From NCBI GenBank assembly GCA_964016885.1, contig OZ024745.1, positions 4,960,001-5,024,000 on the forward strand: DNA of 64,000 bases, given 5' to 3'. Shown here piece after piece: positions 1-13,900 of this stretch; the stretch's first letter is position 1; every line of letters begins with the position of its first letter. The notes under the pieces are model-generated. The model worked only from the letters and a program-made list of their open reading frames with translations. It was not told the DNA's origin and searched no databases. Origin of the DNA: Eledone cirrhosa (Eukaryota). The position numbers and the translations under genes are program-made.

Positions 1-748
1 CCATGTAGCCCTTCAAAGTGAAGGTGTCCAGGTTACTTGTCACAGCCTCCTTCATATCCTCAAAGCGTAAACTTCTGTGCTTCTCCTTCAGCTTTGGGAA
101 CATCCAGAAGTGACATGGGGCTAGGTCTGGCCTGTAGGAAGGATGAGGGACAGTCTTGATTTTCATATTGATCAAGTAGTTGGTCAGCAGGATGGATTTG
201 TGGCAGAGGACATTGTCTTGGTGCAGAGGACATTGTCTTGGTGCAGAGGGTATTGTCTTGGTGCAGAGGACATTGTCTTGGTGCAGAGGACATTGTCTTG
301 GTGCAGAGGACATTGTCTTGGTGCAGAGGACATTGTCTTGGTGCAGAGGGTATTGTCTTGGTGCAGAGGACATTGTCTTGGTGCAGAGGGTATTGTCTTG
401 GTGCAGAGGGCATTGTCTTGGTGCAGAGGGCATTGTCTTGGTGCAGAGGGCATTGTCTTGGTGCAGAGGGCATTGTCTTGGTGCAGAGGGCATTGTCTTG
501 GTGCAGGTGCCACTGACCTGACGTGAAGAGTTCTGGTTTCTTGTTACAAAATCTCTTTCCGGGCTGCCTCAAAACCTCTACATTGTACTCTGTGTTGACT
601 GTCTGGCCATGTGGGACCCAGTAGATATAGATGATGCCCTTGCTGTCAAATAATGGGATCATCATGAGCTTCCCCAGTGGACCTGCTTTACATGGCTTTC
701 TTGGGGAGTCAGAATATTTCTACTGGGTATTCTGTCTCTTGGTCTCTC
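1..748 (-). mobile_element. Decayed Tc1/mariner (mariner DD34D-type) transposase fragment, C-terminal catalytic domain
   Basis: Minus-strand translation: ETKRQNTQ*KYSDSPRKP..GKLMMIPLFDSKGIIYIYWVPHGQTVNTEY..WHLHQDNA, then after the repeat (different frame) QDNVLCHKSILLTNYLINMKIKTVPHPSYRPDLAPCHFWMFPKLKEK. This matches the mariner motifs HDNA and YSPDLAPxDF. Exactly 34 residues lie between the D of QDN and the third catalytic position (here H, codon CAC). In-frame TAG at 720-722 plus a frameshift from the repeat expansion. No terminal inverted repeat recognised. Confidence 0.9.
203..506. repeat. 20-bp minisatellite, 15 copies (GTGCAGAGG[A/G][C/T]ATTGTCTTG), inside the mariner remnant
   Basis: (C/T)ATTGTCTTG recurs every 20 bp from 211 to 491. 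The reverse complement CTGCACCAAGACAATGCCCT encodes LHQDNA. Confidence 0.98.
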
Positions 749-1197
749 TACAAACAATATAATTTTGTCTCAAATTTCTATCAATTAATAAACTTTGAAT
801 GTAATGTTATTGAGTCACTTTCTGTTGAAGAATATTTATGAAACTTTCAATATTTATTATTATGACAAATCTCTTGAGAGGTTATTTCAAGTTGTAGCTA
901 TTTAGATTATAATTACTACTATTAAGTTTCTGAGTTCCTTAGGATATTTTCTCTATCTTAGCTTTTACAAGTGTCTTGGAGTGTTTGGAAAAATTCTCAA
1001 TGTATCTTTATATTTCATATCGGTAGTTTCAATTATTTTAATGGAATAAAAATGTCAGAAACTAACATATATAACTTTATTTAGTGACAGGTGAGATGAC
1101 AAAATTTGTAACACTCATGTACCCCCAGGTCCCAGATAATAGGAGGAGAGAGATAAGCAGGAGTGGGGATTGGAAAATCGATAATTTTTCTAGGTTG

Positions 1198-1224
1198 TCA
1201 TCATCATCATCATCATCATCATCA
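1198..1224. repeat. (TCA)9 microsatellite
   Basis: Nine perfect TCA units read directly. Confidence 0.95.
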
Positions 1225-1750
1225 TTTTAAAAACCAGAATTAGTTGTTTAGTTTACATATTGAGATTCCAACCCATCCTATTTATTTTATAACATGGGAT
1301 TTCTAGTAATGTACTTCTTTTTGTCATGTATAATGTTTTTTAATGTCTAAAGAAAATTAATTGTTGCAGGAATGTTACCTGTTAAAATAAAATTTCACTG
1401 TAGATAGATTAGCAAAATTTAATAAGCAAAGGAGGTGGGTGTGTGTGGAAAAATGAAACATTAATAAGTGGTGGTCGGGGGGAGGATTATGAGACCCGTA
1501 GGTATAATACATATATGATAGGTATACATTTCTCAAACATTTTGTAGATAAATAAATGTGCTGCTGTGTTTAATAGAGGGGGTTGTATAACTAATTAGTT
1601 TATAACAACTAAGATGAGAACTTTATAATTAATAGTATTATGTGGTGGGGAAGGAGGGGAGAAATCATGAAATCATCTCCAATAAACCCTGGATTGGTTT
1701 TGCAATATCCAATGTTTATATGAAGCAATGTCATTTTTTCAATTTTGCAG

Positions 1751-1850
1751 ATCTTGAATCGTAAAAATGCAGAAATTGAAGAACTAAAAAAAAATTTCTC
1801 TGAGAAAAGAAATGAACTTGAAGAAAGTACATTTAAATTAGAAAATGAAG
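1751..1850 (+). CDS. CEP112: Internal coding exon (100 bp, phase 0 to phase 1) of a coiled-coil protein, probably centrosomal protein CEP112/CCDC46
   Basis: Acceptor catttttttcaattttgcag-like T-rich tract ending at 1750, donor GAAG|gtgtgt at 1851, and an open frame ILNRKNAEIEELKKNFSEKRNELEESTFKLENE. It aligns without gaps to my recollection of vertebrate CEP112 (ILERKNNEIEELKTLYRSKQHETEETIRKLEKK-V). The exon call is stronger than the gene identity, which needs BLAST confirmation. Confidence 0.65.
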
Positions 1851-2025
1851 GTGTGTATAGAATGTATAAATATTTTAATACAGATTGAAGTGTGACTGCT
1901 GTTTTAAATCCGATTTACATCCAGTATATTTTATTGTTGTCGTAATATTGTGATTGATGTTTGTCATGTTGCTTTTCATGTCTATTTTCCATACTTGCAT
2001 GGGTTAAAGGGGTTGTTTTGTTAAC

Positions 2026-2583
2026 AGTGGAGGATGGTGCTCTGAGAGCATGGTTAGAATAAGGTTAGAATGGAAGAAGTTTAAGGAATAACTACCTCTG
2101 TTGACAACAAAAAGTTTCTTCTTTCGAATGAAAGGACAGCTGTATGTTACCTGTGTGTGAAGTGCTGCATGGCTCTAAAACATGGGTAGTGACTGCAGAG
2201 GTAATGTACAGACTGGAGAGAAATGAAGCAAGCATGCTTTGATGGATGTGCAATGTTAATATAAGAGAAAGTCAGAGTTTGGATGATCTGAGAGAAAAAT
2301 TGGGTTTAAGAGAAATCAGAAGTAGTGTACAAAAGGTAAGACTGCATTGGTATGGTCATGTGATGTGCATGGTGATTGCTAGGTGAAGAAGTGCCAAGTA
2401 ATCCCAGTGGAAGGAAGCTGCAGCAGAGGAAGGCTAAGAAAGACCTGAGTAGAGGTAGTGGGACAGGATCTCAACTCACAGTGGAGAGGATGAAGGGTTA
2501 TGGTGTGTGGAGAGATGTGTGGAAAAGCCCCATGGAAACCCATGGAAAAATGTTTTTAAAACAATGTTGAGGATGATGATGAG
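2026..2583 (+). mobile_element. 5'-truncated, degenerate non-LTR retrotransposon (RTE-clade LINE) 3' end
   Basis: Interrupted translation SGGWCSESMVRIRLEWKKFKE*LPLLTTK..RMKGQLYVTCV*SA / RLERNEASML*WMCNV..LREKLGLREIRSSVQKVRLHWYGHVM resembles the post-RT C-terminal region of RTE elements (RLRWxGHV motif). It ends in a short GATGATGATGAG tail typical of RTE simple-repeat tails. Multiple stops and frameshifts. Confidence 0.8.
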
Positions 2584-2644
2584 AATAGACAGACACGTCT
2601 TTATCTTACTTATACAATATATTTTGACATGGTTTTTATGGCAA

Positions 2645-2832
2645 CCACTTTATGGCGTATACCAGGTTTGTTTTCTCATAGCACCACCACTATCACCTGG
2701 CAGGGTGGACTGGGTGCTTTTTTGTAGCTCCAGCATTACCACTTTACACTGTGGAATGGATACATTTTATCATGGTACAACTACTTGACAGAGTGGGCTG
2801 AGTGCATTTTATCTTGGCACCAGCACTACCAC
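2645..2832. repeat. Degenerate tandem repeat, ~4 units of ~42-49 bp (approx. CACTTTACAGAGTGGACTGGGTGCWTTTTAT..GCACCAGCACTAC)
   Basis: Units start near 2645, 2694, 2740 and 2782 and share CACTT.ACA..GTGG..TG.GTGC.TTTT...GC.CCAGCA.TAC elements by eye. Possibly SINE-derived (inference). Confidence 0.55.
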
Positions 2833-5800
2833 CTTCCAAATACATGTATGGAACAGTGGTAGTCAATCAAATACTTGAACATAACTCAGAAATGTAGAAA
2901 CTTGGATGTTTTCATCTGATTTGGTCTAGGACTATACCACACACTCCAACATAGGTACCTTTATATAGTGTAGGACTATACCACACACTCCATCATAGGT
3001 ACCTTTATATAGTGTAGGACTATACCACACACTCCATCATAGGTACCTTTATATAGTGTAGGACTATACCACACACTCCATCATAGGTACCTTTATATAG
3101 TGTAGGACTATACCACACACTCCATCATAAGTACCTTTATATAGTGTAGGACTATACCACACACTCCATCATAGGTACCTTTATATAGTGTAGGACTATA
3201 CCACACACTCCATAATAGGTAACTTCATCTAGTCTGGGACTATACCACACACTCCATAATAGGTGCCTTCATCTAGTGTAGGACTATACCACACACTCCA
3301 TCATAGGTACCTTCATCTAGTCTGGGACTATACCACACACTCCATAATAGGTACCTTCATCTAGTCTGGGACTATACCACACACTCCATAATAGGTACCT
3401 TCATCTAGTCTAGGACTATACCACACACTCCATCATAGGTACCTTTATATAGTGTAGGACTATACCACACACTCCATCATAGGTAGCTTCATCTAGTCTA
3501 GGACTATACCACACACTCCATCATAGGTACCTTCATCTAGTGTAGGACTATACCACACACTCCATCATAGGTACCTTCATCTAGTCTGGGACTATACCAC
3601 ACACTCCATCATAGGTACCTTCATCTAGTGTAGGACTATACCACACACTCCATAATAGGTACCTTTATCTAGTGTAGGACTATACCACACACTCCATCAT
3701 AGGTAGCTTCATCTAGTGTAGGTCTATACCACACACTCCATCATGGGTACCTTCATCTAGTCTAGGACTATACCACACACTCCATCATAGGTACCTTCAT
3801 CTAGTGTAGGACTATACCACACACTCCATCATAGGTACCTTCATCTAGTGTAGGACTATACCACACACTCCATAATAGGTACCTTTATCTAGTGTAGGAC
3901 TATACCACACACTCCATCAGAGGTACCTTCATCTAGTGTAGGACTATACCACACACTCCATAATAGGTACCTTTATCTAGTGTAGGACTATACCACACAC
4001 TCCATCATAGGAACCTTCATCTAGTCTGGTACTATACCACACACTCCATCATAGGTACCTTTATATAGTGTAGGACTATACCACACACTCCATCATAGGT
4101 ACCTTTATATAGTGTAGGACTATACTACACACTCCATCATAGGTACCTTTATATAGTGTAGGACTATACCACACACTCCATCATAGGTACCTTCATCTAG
4201 TCTAGGACTATACCACACACTCCATCATAGGTACCTTTATATAGTGTAGGACTATACCACACACTCCGTCATAGGTACCTTTATATAGTGTAGGACTATA
4301 CCACACACTCCATCATAGGTACCTTTATATAGTGTAGGACTATACCACACACTCCATCATAGGTACCTTCATCTAGTGTAGGACTATACCACACACTCCA
4401 TCATAGGTACCTTTATTTAGTGTAGGACTATACCACACACTCCATCATAGGTACCTTCATCTAGTCTGGGACTATACCACACACTCCATCATAGGTACCT
4501 TCATCTACTCTAGGACTATACCACACACTCCATCATAGGTACCTTTATATAGTGTAGGACTATACCACACACTCCATCATAGGTACCTTTATATAGTGTA
4601 GGACTATACCACACACTCCATCATAGGTACCTTTATATAGTGTAGGACTATACCACACACTCCATCATAGGTACCTTCATCTAGTCTGGGACTATACCAC
4701 ACACTACATCATAGGTACCTTTATATAGTGTAGGACTATACCACACACTCCATCATAGGTACCTTTATATAGTGTAGGACTATACCACACACTCCATCAT
4801 AGGTACCTTCATCTAGTGTAGGACTATACCACACACTCCATCATAGGTACCTTCATCTAGTCTGGGACTATACCACACACTCCATCATAGGTACCTTTAT
4901 TTAGTGTAGGACTATACCACACACTCCATCATAGGTACCTTCATCTAGTCTGGGACTATACCACACACTCCATCATAGGTACCTTCATCTACTCTAGGAC
5001 TATACCACACACTCCATCATAGGTACCTTTATATAGTGTAGGACTATACCACACACTCCATCATAGGTACCTTTATATAGTGTAGGACTATACCACAAAC
5101 TCCATCATAGGTACCTTTATATAGTGTAGGACTATACCAAACACTCCATCATAGGTACCTTCATCTAGTGTAGGACTATACCACACACTCCATCATAAGT
5201 ACCTTCATCTAGTGTAGGACTATACCACACACTCCATCATAGGTACCTTTATATAGTGTAGGACTATACCACACACTCCATCATAGGTACCTTCATCTAG
5301 TGTAGGACTATACCATACATTCCATCATAGGTACCTTTATCTAGTGTAGGACTATACCACACACTCCACCATGGCTACCTTTATCTAGTGTAGGACTATA
5401 CCACACACTCCATCATGGGTACCTTCATTTAGTCTAGGACTATACCACACACTCCATCATAGGTACCTTCATCTAGTCTGGGACTATACCACACACTCCA
5501 TCATAGGTACCTTCATCTAGTCAAGGACTATACCACACACTCCATCATAGGTACCTTTATATAGTGTAGGACTATACCACACACTCCATCATAGGTACCT
5601 TTATATAGTGTAGGACTATACCACAAACTCCATCATAGGTACCTTTATATAGTGTAGGACTATACCAAACACTCCATCATAGGTACCTTCATCTAGTGTA
5701 GGACTATACCACACACTCCATCATAAGTACCTTCATCTAGTGTAGGACTATACCACACACTCCATCATAGGTACCTTCATCTAGTGTAGGACTATACCAC

Positions 5801-8800
5801 ACACTCCATCATAGGTACCTTCATCTAGTCTGGGACTATACCACACACTCCATCATAGGTACCTTCATCTAGTGTAGGACTATACCACACACTCCATAAT
5901 AGGTACCTTTATCTAGTGTAGGACTATACCACACACTCCATCATAGGTACCTTCATCTAGTGTAGGACTATACCACACACTCCATCATGGGTACCTTCAT
6001 CTAGTCTAGGACTATACCACACACTCCATCATAGGTACCTTCATCTAGTGTAGGACTATACCACACACGCCATAATAGGTACCTTCATCTAGTGTAGGAC
6101 TATACCACACACTCCATCATAGGTACCTTCATCTAGTGTAGGACTATACCACACACTCCATCATAGGTACCTTCATCTAGTGTAGGACTATACCACACAC
6201 TCCATAATAGGTACCTTTATCTAGTGTAGGACTATACCACACACTCCATCAGAGGTACCTTCATCTAGTGTAGGACTATACCACACACTCCATAATAGGT
6301 ACCTTTATCTAGTGTAGGACTATACCACACACTCCATCATAGGAACCTTCATCTAGTCTGGTACTATACCACACACTCCATCATAGGTACCTTTATATAG
6401 TGTAGGACTATACCACACACTCCATCATAGGTACCTTTATATAGTGTAGGACTATACCACACACTCCATCATAGGTACCTTCATCTAGTGTAGGACTATA
6501 CCACACACTCCATCATAGGTACCTTCATCTAGTCTAGGACTATACCACACACTCCATCATAGGTACCTTTATATAGTGTAGGACTATACCACACACTCCA
6601 TCATAGGTACCTTCATCTAGTGTAGGACTATACCACACATTCCATCATAGGTACCTTCATCTAGTCTGGGACTATACCACACACTCCATCATGGGTACCT
6701 TTATATAGTGTAGGACTATACCACACACTCCATCATAGGTACCTTCATCTAGTCTGGGACTATACCACACACTACATCATAGGTACCTTTATATAGTGTA
6801 GGACTATACCACACACTCCATCATAGGTACCTTTATATAGTGTAGGACTATACCACACACTCCATCATAGGTACCTTCATCTAGTGTAGGACTATACCAC
6901 ACACTCCATCATAGGTACCTTCATCTAGTCTGGGACTATACCACACACTCCATCATGGTACCTTTATATAGTGTAGGACTATACCACACACTCCATCATA
7001 GGTACCTTCATCTAGTCTGGGACTATACCACACACTACATCATAGGTACCTTTATATAGTGTAGGACTATACCACACACTCCATCATAGGTACCTTTATA
7101 TATTGTAGGACTATACGACACACTCCATCATAGGTACCTTCATCTAGTGTAGGACTATACCACACACTCCATCATAGGTACCTTCATCTAGTCTGGGACT
7201 ATACCACACACTCCATCATAGGTACCTTTATTTAGTGTAGGACTATACCACACACTCCATCATAGGTACCTTCATCTAGTCTGGGACTATACCACACACT
7301 CCATCATAGGTACCTTCATCTAGTCTAGGACTATACCACACACTCCATCATAGGTACCTTTATATAGTGTAGGACTATACCACACACTCCATCATAGGTA
7401 CCTTTATATAGTGTAGGACTATACTACACACTCCATCATAGGTACCTTTATATAGTGTAGGACTATACCAAACACTCCATCATAGGTACCTTCATCTAGT
7501 GTAGGACTATACCACACACTCCATCATAAGTACCTTTATATAGTGTAGGACTATACCACAAACTCCATCATAGGTACCTTTATATAGTGTAGGACTATAC
7601 CAAACACTCCATCATAGGTACCTTCATCTAGTGTAGGACTATACCACACACTCCATCATAAGTACCTTCATCTAGTGTAGGACTATACCACACACTCCAT
7701 CATAGGTACCTTTATATAGTGTAGGACTATACCACACACTCCATCATAGGTACCTTCATCTAGTGTAGGACTATACCATACATTCCATCATAGGTACCTT
7801 TATCTAGTGTAGGACTATACCACACACTCCATCATGGCTACCTTTATCTAGTGTAGGACTATACCACACACTCCATCATGGGTACCTTGATTTAGTCTAG
7901 GACTATACCACACACTCCATCATAGGTACCTTCATTTAGTCTGGGACTACACCACACACTCCATCATAGGTACCTTCATCTAGTCTAGGACTATACCACA
8001 CACTCCATCATAGGTACCTTCATCTAGTGTAGGACTATACAACACACTCCATCATAGGTACCTTCATCTAGTCTGGGACTATACCACACACGCCATCATA
8101 GGTACCTTCATCTAGTGTAGGACTATACCACACACTCCATCATAAGTACCTTCATCTAGTGTAGGACTATACCACACACTCCATCATAGGTACCTTTATA
8201 TAGTGTAGGATTATACTACACACTCCATCATAGGTACCTTCATCTAGTGTAGGACTATACCATACACTCCATCATAGGTACCTTTATCTAGTGTAGGACT
8301 ATACCACACACTCCATCATGGCTACCTTTATCTAGTGTAGGACTATACCACACACTCCATCATGGGTACCTTTATATAGTGTAGGACTATACCACACACT
8401 CCATCATAGGTAACTTTATATAGTGTAGGACTATACCACACACTCCATCATAGGTACCTTCATCTAGTGTAGGACTATACCACACACTCCATCATATGTA
8501 CCTTTATATAGTGTAGGAGTATACCACACACTCCATCATAGGTACCTTCATCTAGTCTGGGACTATACCACACACTCCATCATAGGTACCTTCATTTAGT
8601 CTGGGACTACACCACACACTCCATCATAGGTACCTTCATCTAGTCTAGGACTATACCACACACTCCATCATAGGTACCTTCATCTAGTGTAGGACTATAC
8701 CACACACTCCATCATAGGTACCTTCATCTAGTGTAGGACTATACCACACACTCCATCATAGGTACCTTCATCTAGTGTAGGACTATACCACACACTCCAT

Positions 8801-10949
8801 CATAGGTACCTTTATATAGTGTAGGACTATACCACACACTCCATCATAGGTACCTTCATCTAGTCTGGGACTATACCACACACTACATCATAGGTACCTT
8901 TATATAGTGTAGGACTATACCACACACTCCATCATAGGTACCTTTATATAGTGTAGGACTATACGACACACTCCATCATAGGTACCTTCATCTAGTGTAG
9001 GACTATACCACACACTCCATCATAGGTACCTTCATCTAGTCTGGGACTATACCACACACTCCATCATAGGTACCTTTATTTAGTGTAGGACTATACCACA
9101 CACTCCATCATAGGTACCTTCATCTAGTCTGGGACTATACCACACACTCCATCATAGGTACCTTCATCTAGTCTAGGACTATACCACACACTCCATCATA
9201 GGTACCTTTATATAGTGTAGGACTATACCACACACTCCATCATAGGTACCTTTATATAGTGTAGGACTATACTACACACTCCATCATAGGTACCTTTATA
9301 TAGTGTAGGACTATACCAAACACTCCATCATAGGTACCTTCATCTAGTGTAGGACTATACCACACACTCCATCATAAGTACCTTTATATAGTGTAGGACT
9401 ATACCACAAACTCCATCATAGGTACCTTTATATAGTGTAGGACTATACCAAACACTCCATCATAGGTACCTTCATCTAGTGTAGGACTATACCACACACT
9501 CCATCATAAGTACCTTCATCTAGTGTAGGACTATACCACACACTCCATCATAGGTACCTTCATCTAGTGTAGGACTATACCACACACTCCATCATAGGCA
9601 CCTTCATCTAGTCTGGGACTATACCACACACTCCATCATAGGTACCTTCATCTAGTGTAGGACTATACCACACACTCCATAATAGGTACCTTTATCTAGT
9701 GTAGGACTATACCACACACTCCATCATAGGTACCTTCATCTAGTGTAGGACTATACCACACACTCCATCATGGGTACCTTCATCTAGTCTAGGACTATAC
9801 CACACACTCCATCATAGGTACCTTCATCTAGTGTAGGACTATACCACACACGCCATAATAGGTACCTTCATCTAGTGTAGGACTATACCACACACTCCAT
9901 CATAGGTACCTTCATCTAGTGTAGGACTATACCACACACTCCATCATAGGTACCTTCATCTAGTGTAGGACTATACCACACACTCCATAATAGGTACCTT
10001 TATCTAGTGTAGGACTATACCACACACTCCATCAGAGGTACCTTCATCTAGTGTAGGACTATACCACACACTCCATAATAGGTACCTTTATCTAGTGTAG
10101 GACTATACCACACACTCCATCATAGGAATCTTCATCTAGTCTGGTACTATACCACACACTCCATCATAGGTACCTTTATATAGTGTAGGACTATACCACA
10201 CACTCCATCATAGGTACCTTTATATAGTGTAGGACTATACCACACACTCCATCATAGGTACCTTTATATAGTGTAGGACTATACCACACACTCCATCATA
10301 GGTACCTTCATCTAGTCTAGGACTATACCACACTCCATCATAGGTACCTTTATATAGTGTAGGACTATACCACACACTCCATCATAGGTACCTTTATATA
10401 GTGTAGGACTATACCACACACTCCATCATAGGTACCTTCATCTAGTGTAGGACTATACCACACACTCCATCATAGGTACCTTCATCTAGTCTAGGACTAT
10501 ACCACACACTCCATCATAGGTACCTTTATATAGTGTAGGACTATACCACACACTCCATCATAGGTACCTTCATCTAGTGTAGGACTATACCACACATTCC
10601 ATCATAGGTACCTTCATCTAGTCTGGGACTATACCACACACTCCATCATGGGTACCTTTATATAGTGTAGGACTATACCACACACTCCATCATAGGTACC
10701 TTCATCTAGTCTGGGACTATACCACACACTACATCATAGGTACCTTTATATAGTGTAGGACTATACCACACACTCCATCATAGGTACCTTTATATAGTGT
10801 AGGACTATACCACACACTCCATCATAGGTACCTTCATCTAGTGTAGGACTATACCACACACTCCATCATAGGTACCTTCATCTAGTCTTCGGACTATACC
10901 ACACACTCCATCATGGTACCTTTATATAGTGTAGGACTATACCACACAC

Positions 10950-13900
10950 TCCATCATAGGTACCTTCATCTAGTCTGGGACTATACCACACACTACATCA
11001 TAGGTACCTTTATATAGTGTAGGACTATACCACACACTCCATCATAGGTACCTTTATATAGTGTAGGACTATACGACACACTCCATCATAGGTACCTTCA
11101 TCTAGTGTAGGACTATACCACACACTCCATCATAGGTACCTTCATCTAGTCTGGGACTATACCACACACTCCATCATAGGTACCTTTATTTAGTGTAGGA
11201 CTATACCACACACTCCATCATAGGTACCTTCATCTAGTCTGGGACTATACCACACACTCCATCATAGGTACCTTCATCTAGTCTAGGACTATACCACACA
11301 CTCCATCATAGGTACCTTTATATAGTGTAGGACTATACCACACACTCCATCATAGGTACCTTTATATAGTGTAGGACTATACTACACACTCCATCATAGG
11401 TACCTTTATATAGTGTAGGACTATACCAAACACTCCATCATAGGTACCTTCATCTAGTGTAGGACTATACCACACACTCCATCATAAGTACCTTTATATA
11501 GTGTAGGACTATACCACAAACTCCATCATAGGTACCTTTATATAGTGTAGGACTATACCAAACACTCCATCATAGGTACCTTCATCTAGTGTAGGACTAT
11601 ACCACACACTCCATCATAAGTACCTTCATCTAGTGTAGGACTATACCACACACTCCATCATAGGTACCTTTATATAGTGTAGGACTATACCACACACTCC
11701 ATCATAGGTACCTTCATCTAGTGTAGGACTATACCATACATTCCATCATAGGTACCTTTATCTAGTGTAGGACTATACCACACACTCCATCATGGCTACC
11801 TTTATCTAGTGTAGGACTATACCACACACTCCATCATGGGTACCTTGATTTAGTCTAGGACTATACCACACACTCCATCATAGGTACCTTCATTTAGTCT
11901 GGGACTACACCACACACTCCATCATAGGTACCTTCATCTAGTCTAGGACTATACCACACACTCCATCATAGGTACCTTCATCTAGTGTAGGACTATACAA
12001 CACACTCCATCATAGGTACCTTCATCTAGTCTGGGACTATACCACACACGCCATCATAGGTACCTTCATCTAGTGTAGGACTATACCACACACTCCATCA
12101 TAAGTACCTTCATCTAGTGTAGGACTATACCACACACTCCATCATAGGTACCTTTATATAGTGTAGGATTATACTACACACTCCATCATAGGTACCTTCA
12201 TCTAGTGTAGGACTATACCATACACTCCATCATAGGTACCTTTATCTAGTGTAGGACTATACCACACACTCCATCATGGCTACCTTTATCTAGTGTAGGA
12301 CTATACCACACACTCCATCATGGGTACCTTTATATAGTGTAGGACTATACCACACACTCCATCATAGGTAACTTTATATAGTGTAGGACTATACCACACA
12401 CTCCATCATAGGTACCTTCATCTAGTGTAGGACTATACCACACACTCCATCATATGTACCTTTATATAGTGTAGGAGTATACCACACACTCCATCATAGG
12501 TACCTTCATCTAGTCTGGGACTATACCACACACTCCATCATAGGTACCTTCATTTAGTCTGGGACTACACCACACACTCCATCATAGGTACCTTCATCTA
12601 GTCTAGGACTATACCACACACTCCATCATAGGTACCTTCATCTAGTGTAGGACTATACCACACACTCCATCATAGGTACCTTCATCTAGTGTAGGACTAT
12701 ACCACACACTCCATCATAGGTACCTTCATCTAGTGTAGGACTATACCACACACTCCATCATAGGTACCTTTATATAGTGTAGGACTATACCACACACTCC
12801 ATCATAGGTACCTTCATCTAGTCTGGGACTATACCACACACTACATCATAGGTACCTTTATATAGTGTAGGACTATACCACACACTCCATCATAGGTACC
12901 TTTATATAGTGTAGGACTATACGACACACTCCATCATAGGTACCTTCATCTAGTGTAGGACTATACCACACACTCCATCATAGGTACCTTCATCTAGTCT
13001 GGGACTATACCACACACTCCATCATAGGTACCTTTATTTAGTGTAGGACTATACCACACACTCCATCATAGGTACCTTCATCTAGTCTGGGACTATACCA
13101 CACACTCCATCATAGGTACCTTCATCTAGTCTAGGACTATACCACACACTCCATCATAGGTACCTTTATATAGTGTAGGACTATACCACACACTCCATCA
13201 TAGGTACCTTTATATAGTGTAGGACTATACTACACACTCCATCATAGGTACCTTTATATAGTGTAGGACTATACCAAACACTCCATCATAGGTACCTTCA
13301 TCTAGTGTAGGACTATACCACACACTCCATCATAAGTACCTTTATATAGTGTAGGACTATACCACAAACTCCATCATAGGTACCTTTATATAGTGTAGGA
13401 CTATACCAAACACTCCATCATAGGTACCTTCATCTAGTGTAGGACTATACCACACACTCCATCATAAGTACCTTCATCTAGTGTAGGACTATACCACACA
13501 CTCCATCATAGGTACCTTTATATAGTGTAGGACTATACCACACACTCCATCATAGGTACCTTCATCTAGTGTAGGACTATACCATACATTCCATCATAGG
13601 TAACTTTATCTAGTGTAGGACTATACCACACACTCCATCATGGCTACCTTTATCTAGTGTAGGACTATACCACACACTCCATCATGGGTACCTTCATTTA
13701 GTCTAGGACTATACCACACACTCCATCATAGGTACCTTCATTTAGTCTGGGACTACACCACACACTCCATCATAGGTACCTTCATCTAGTCTAGGACTAT
13801 ACCACACACTCCATCATAGGTACCTTCATCTAGTGTAGGACTATACAACACACTCCATCATAGGTACCTTCATCTAGTCTGGGACTATACCACACACGCC

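Noticed and set aside
143-526. Four overlapping ORFs (143-526, 180-521, 238-516 on +; 184-513 on -) as Cys-rich repeat proteins
   Set aside because: They are by-products of a stop-free 20-bp repeat read in different frames.
60-665. 201-aa ORF as a functional gene
   Set aside because: Only the first ~59 aa are transposase. The rest is repeat and out-of-frame sequence, and there is an upstream stop and a mutated catalytic residue.
2012-2062. Acceptor-like ttgttttgttaacag (2027) as the next exon
   Set aside because: Splicing from 1850 gives VEDGALRAWLE* within LINE sequence, with no similarity to the expected coiled-coil continuation. At most a cryptic site.
2376-2788. ORFs 2376-2570 and 2507-2788
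   Set aside because: They overlap the decayed LINE tail and the degenerate repeat, with no recognisable protein or splice support.
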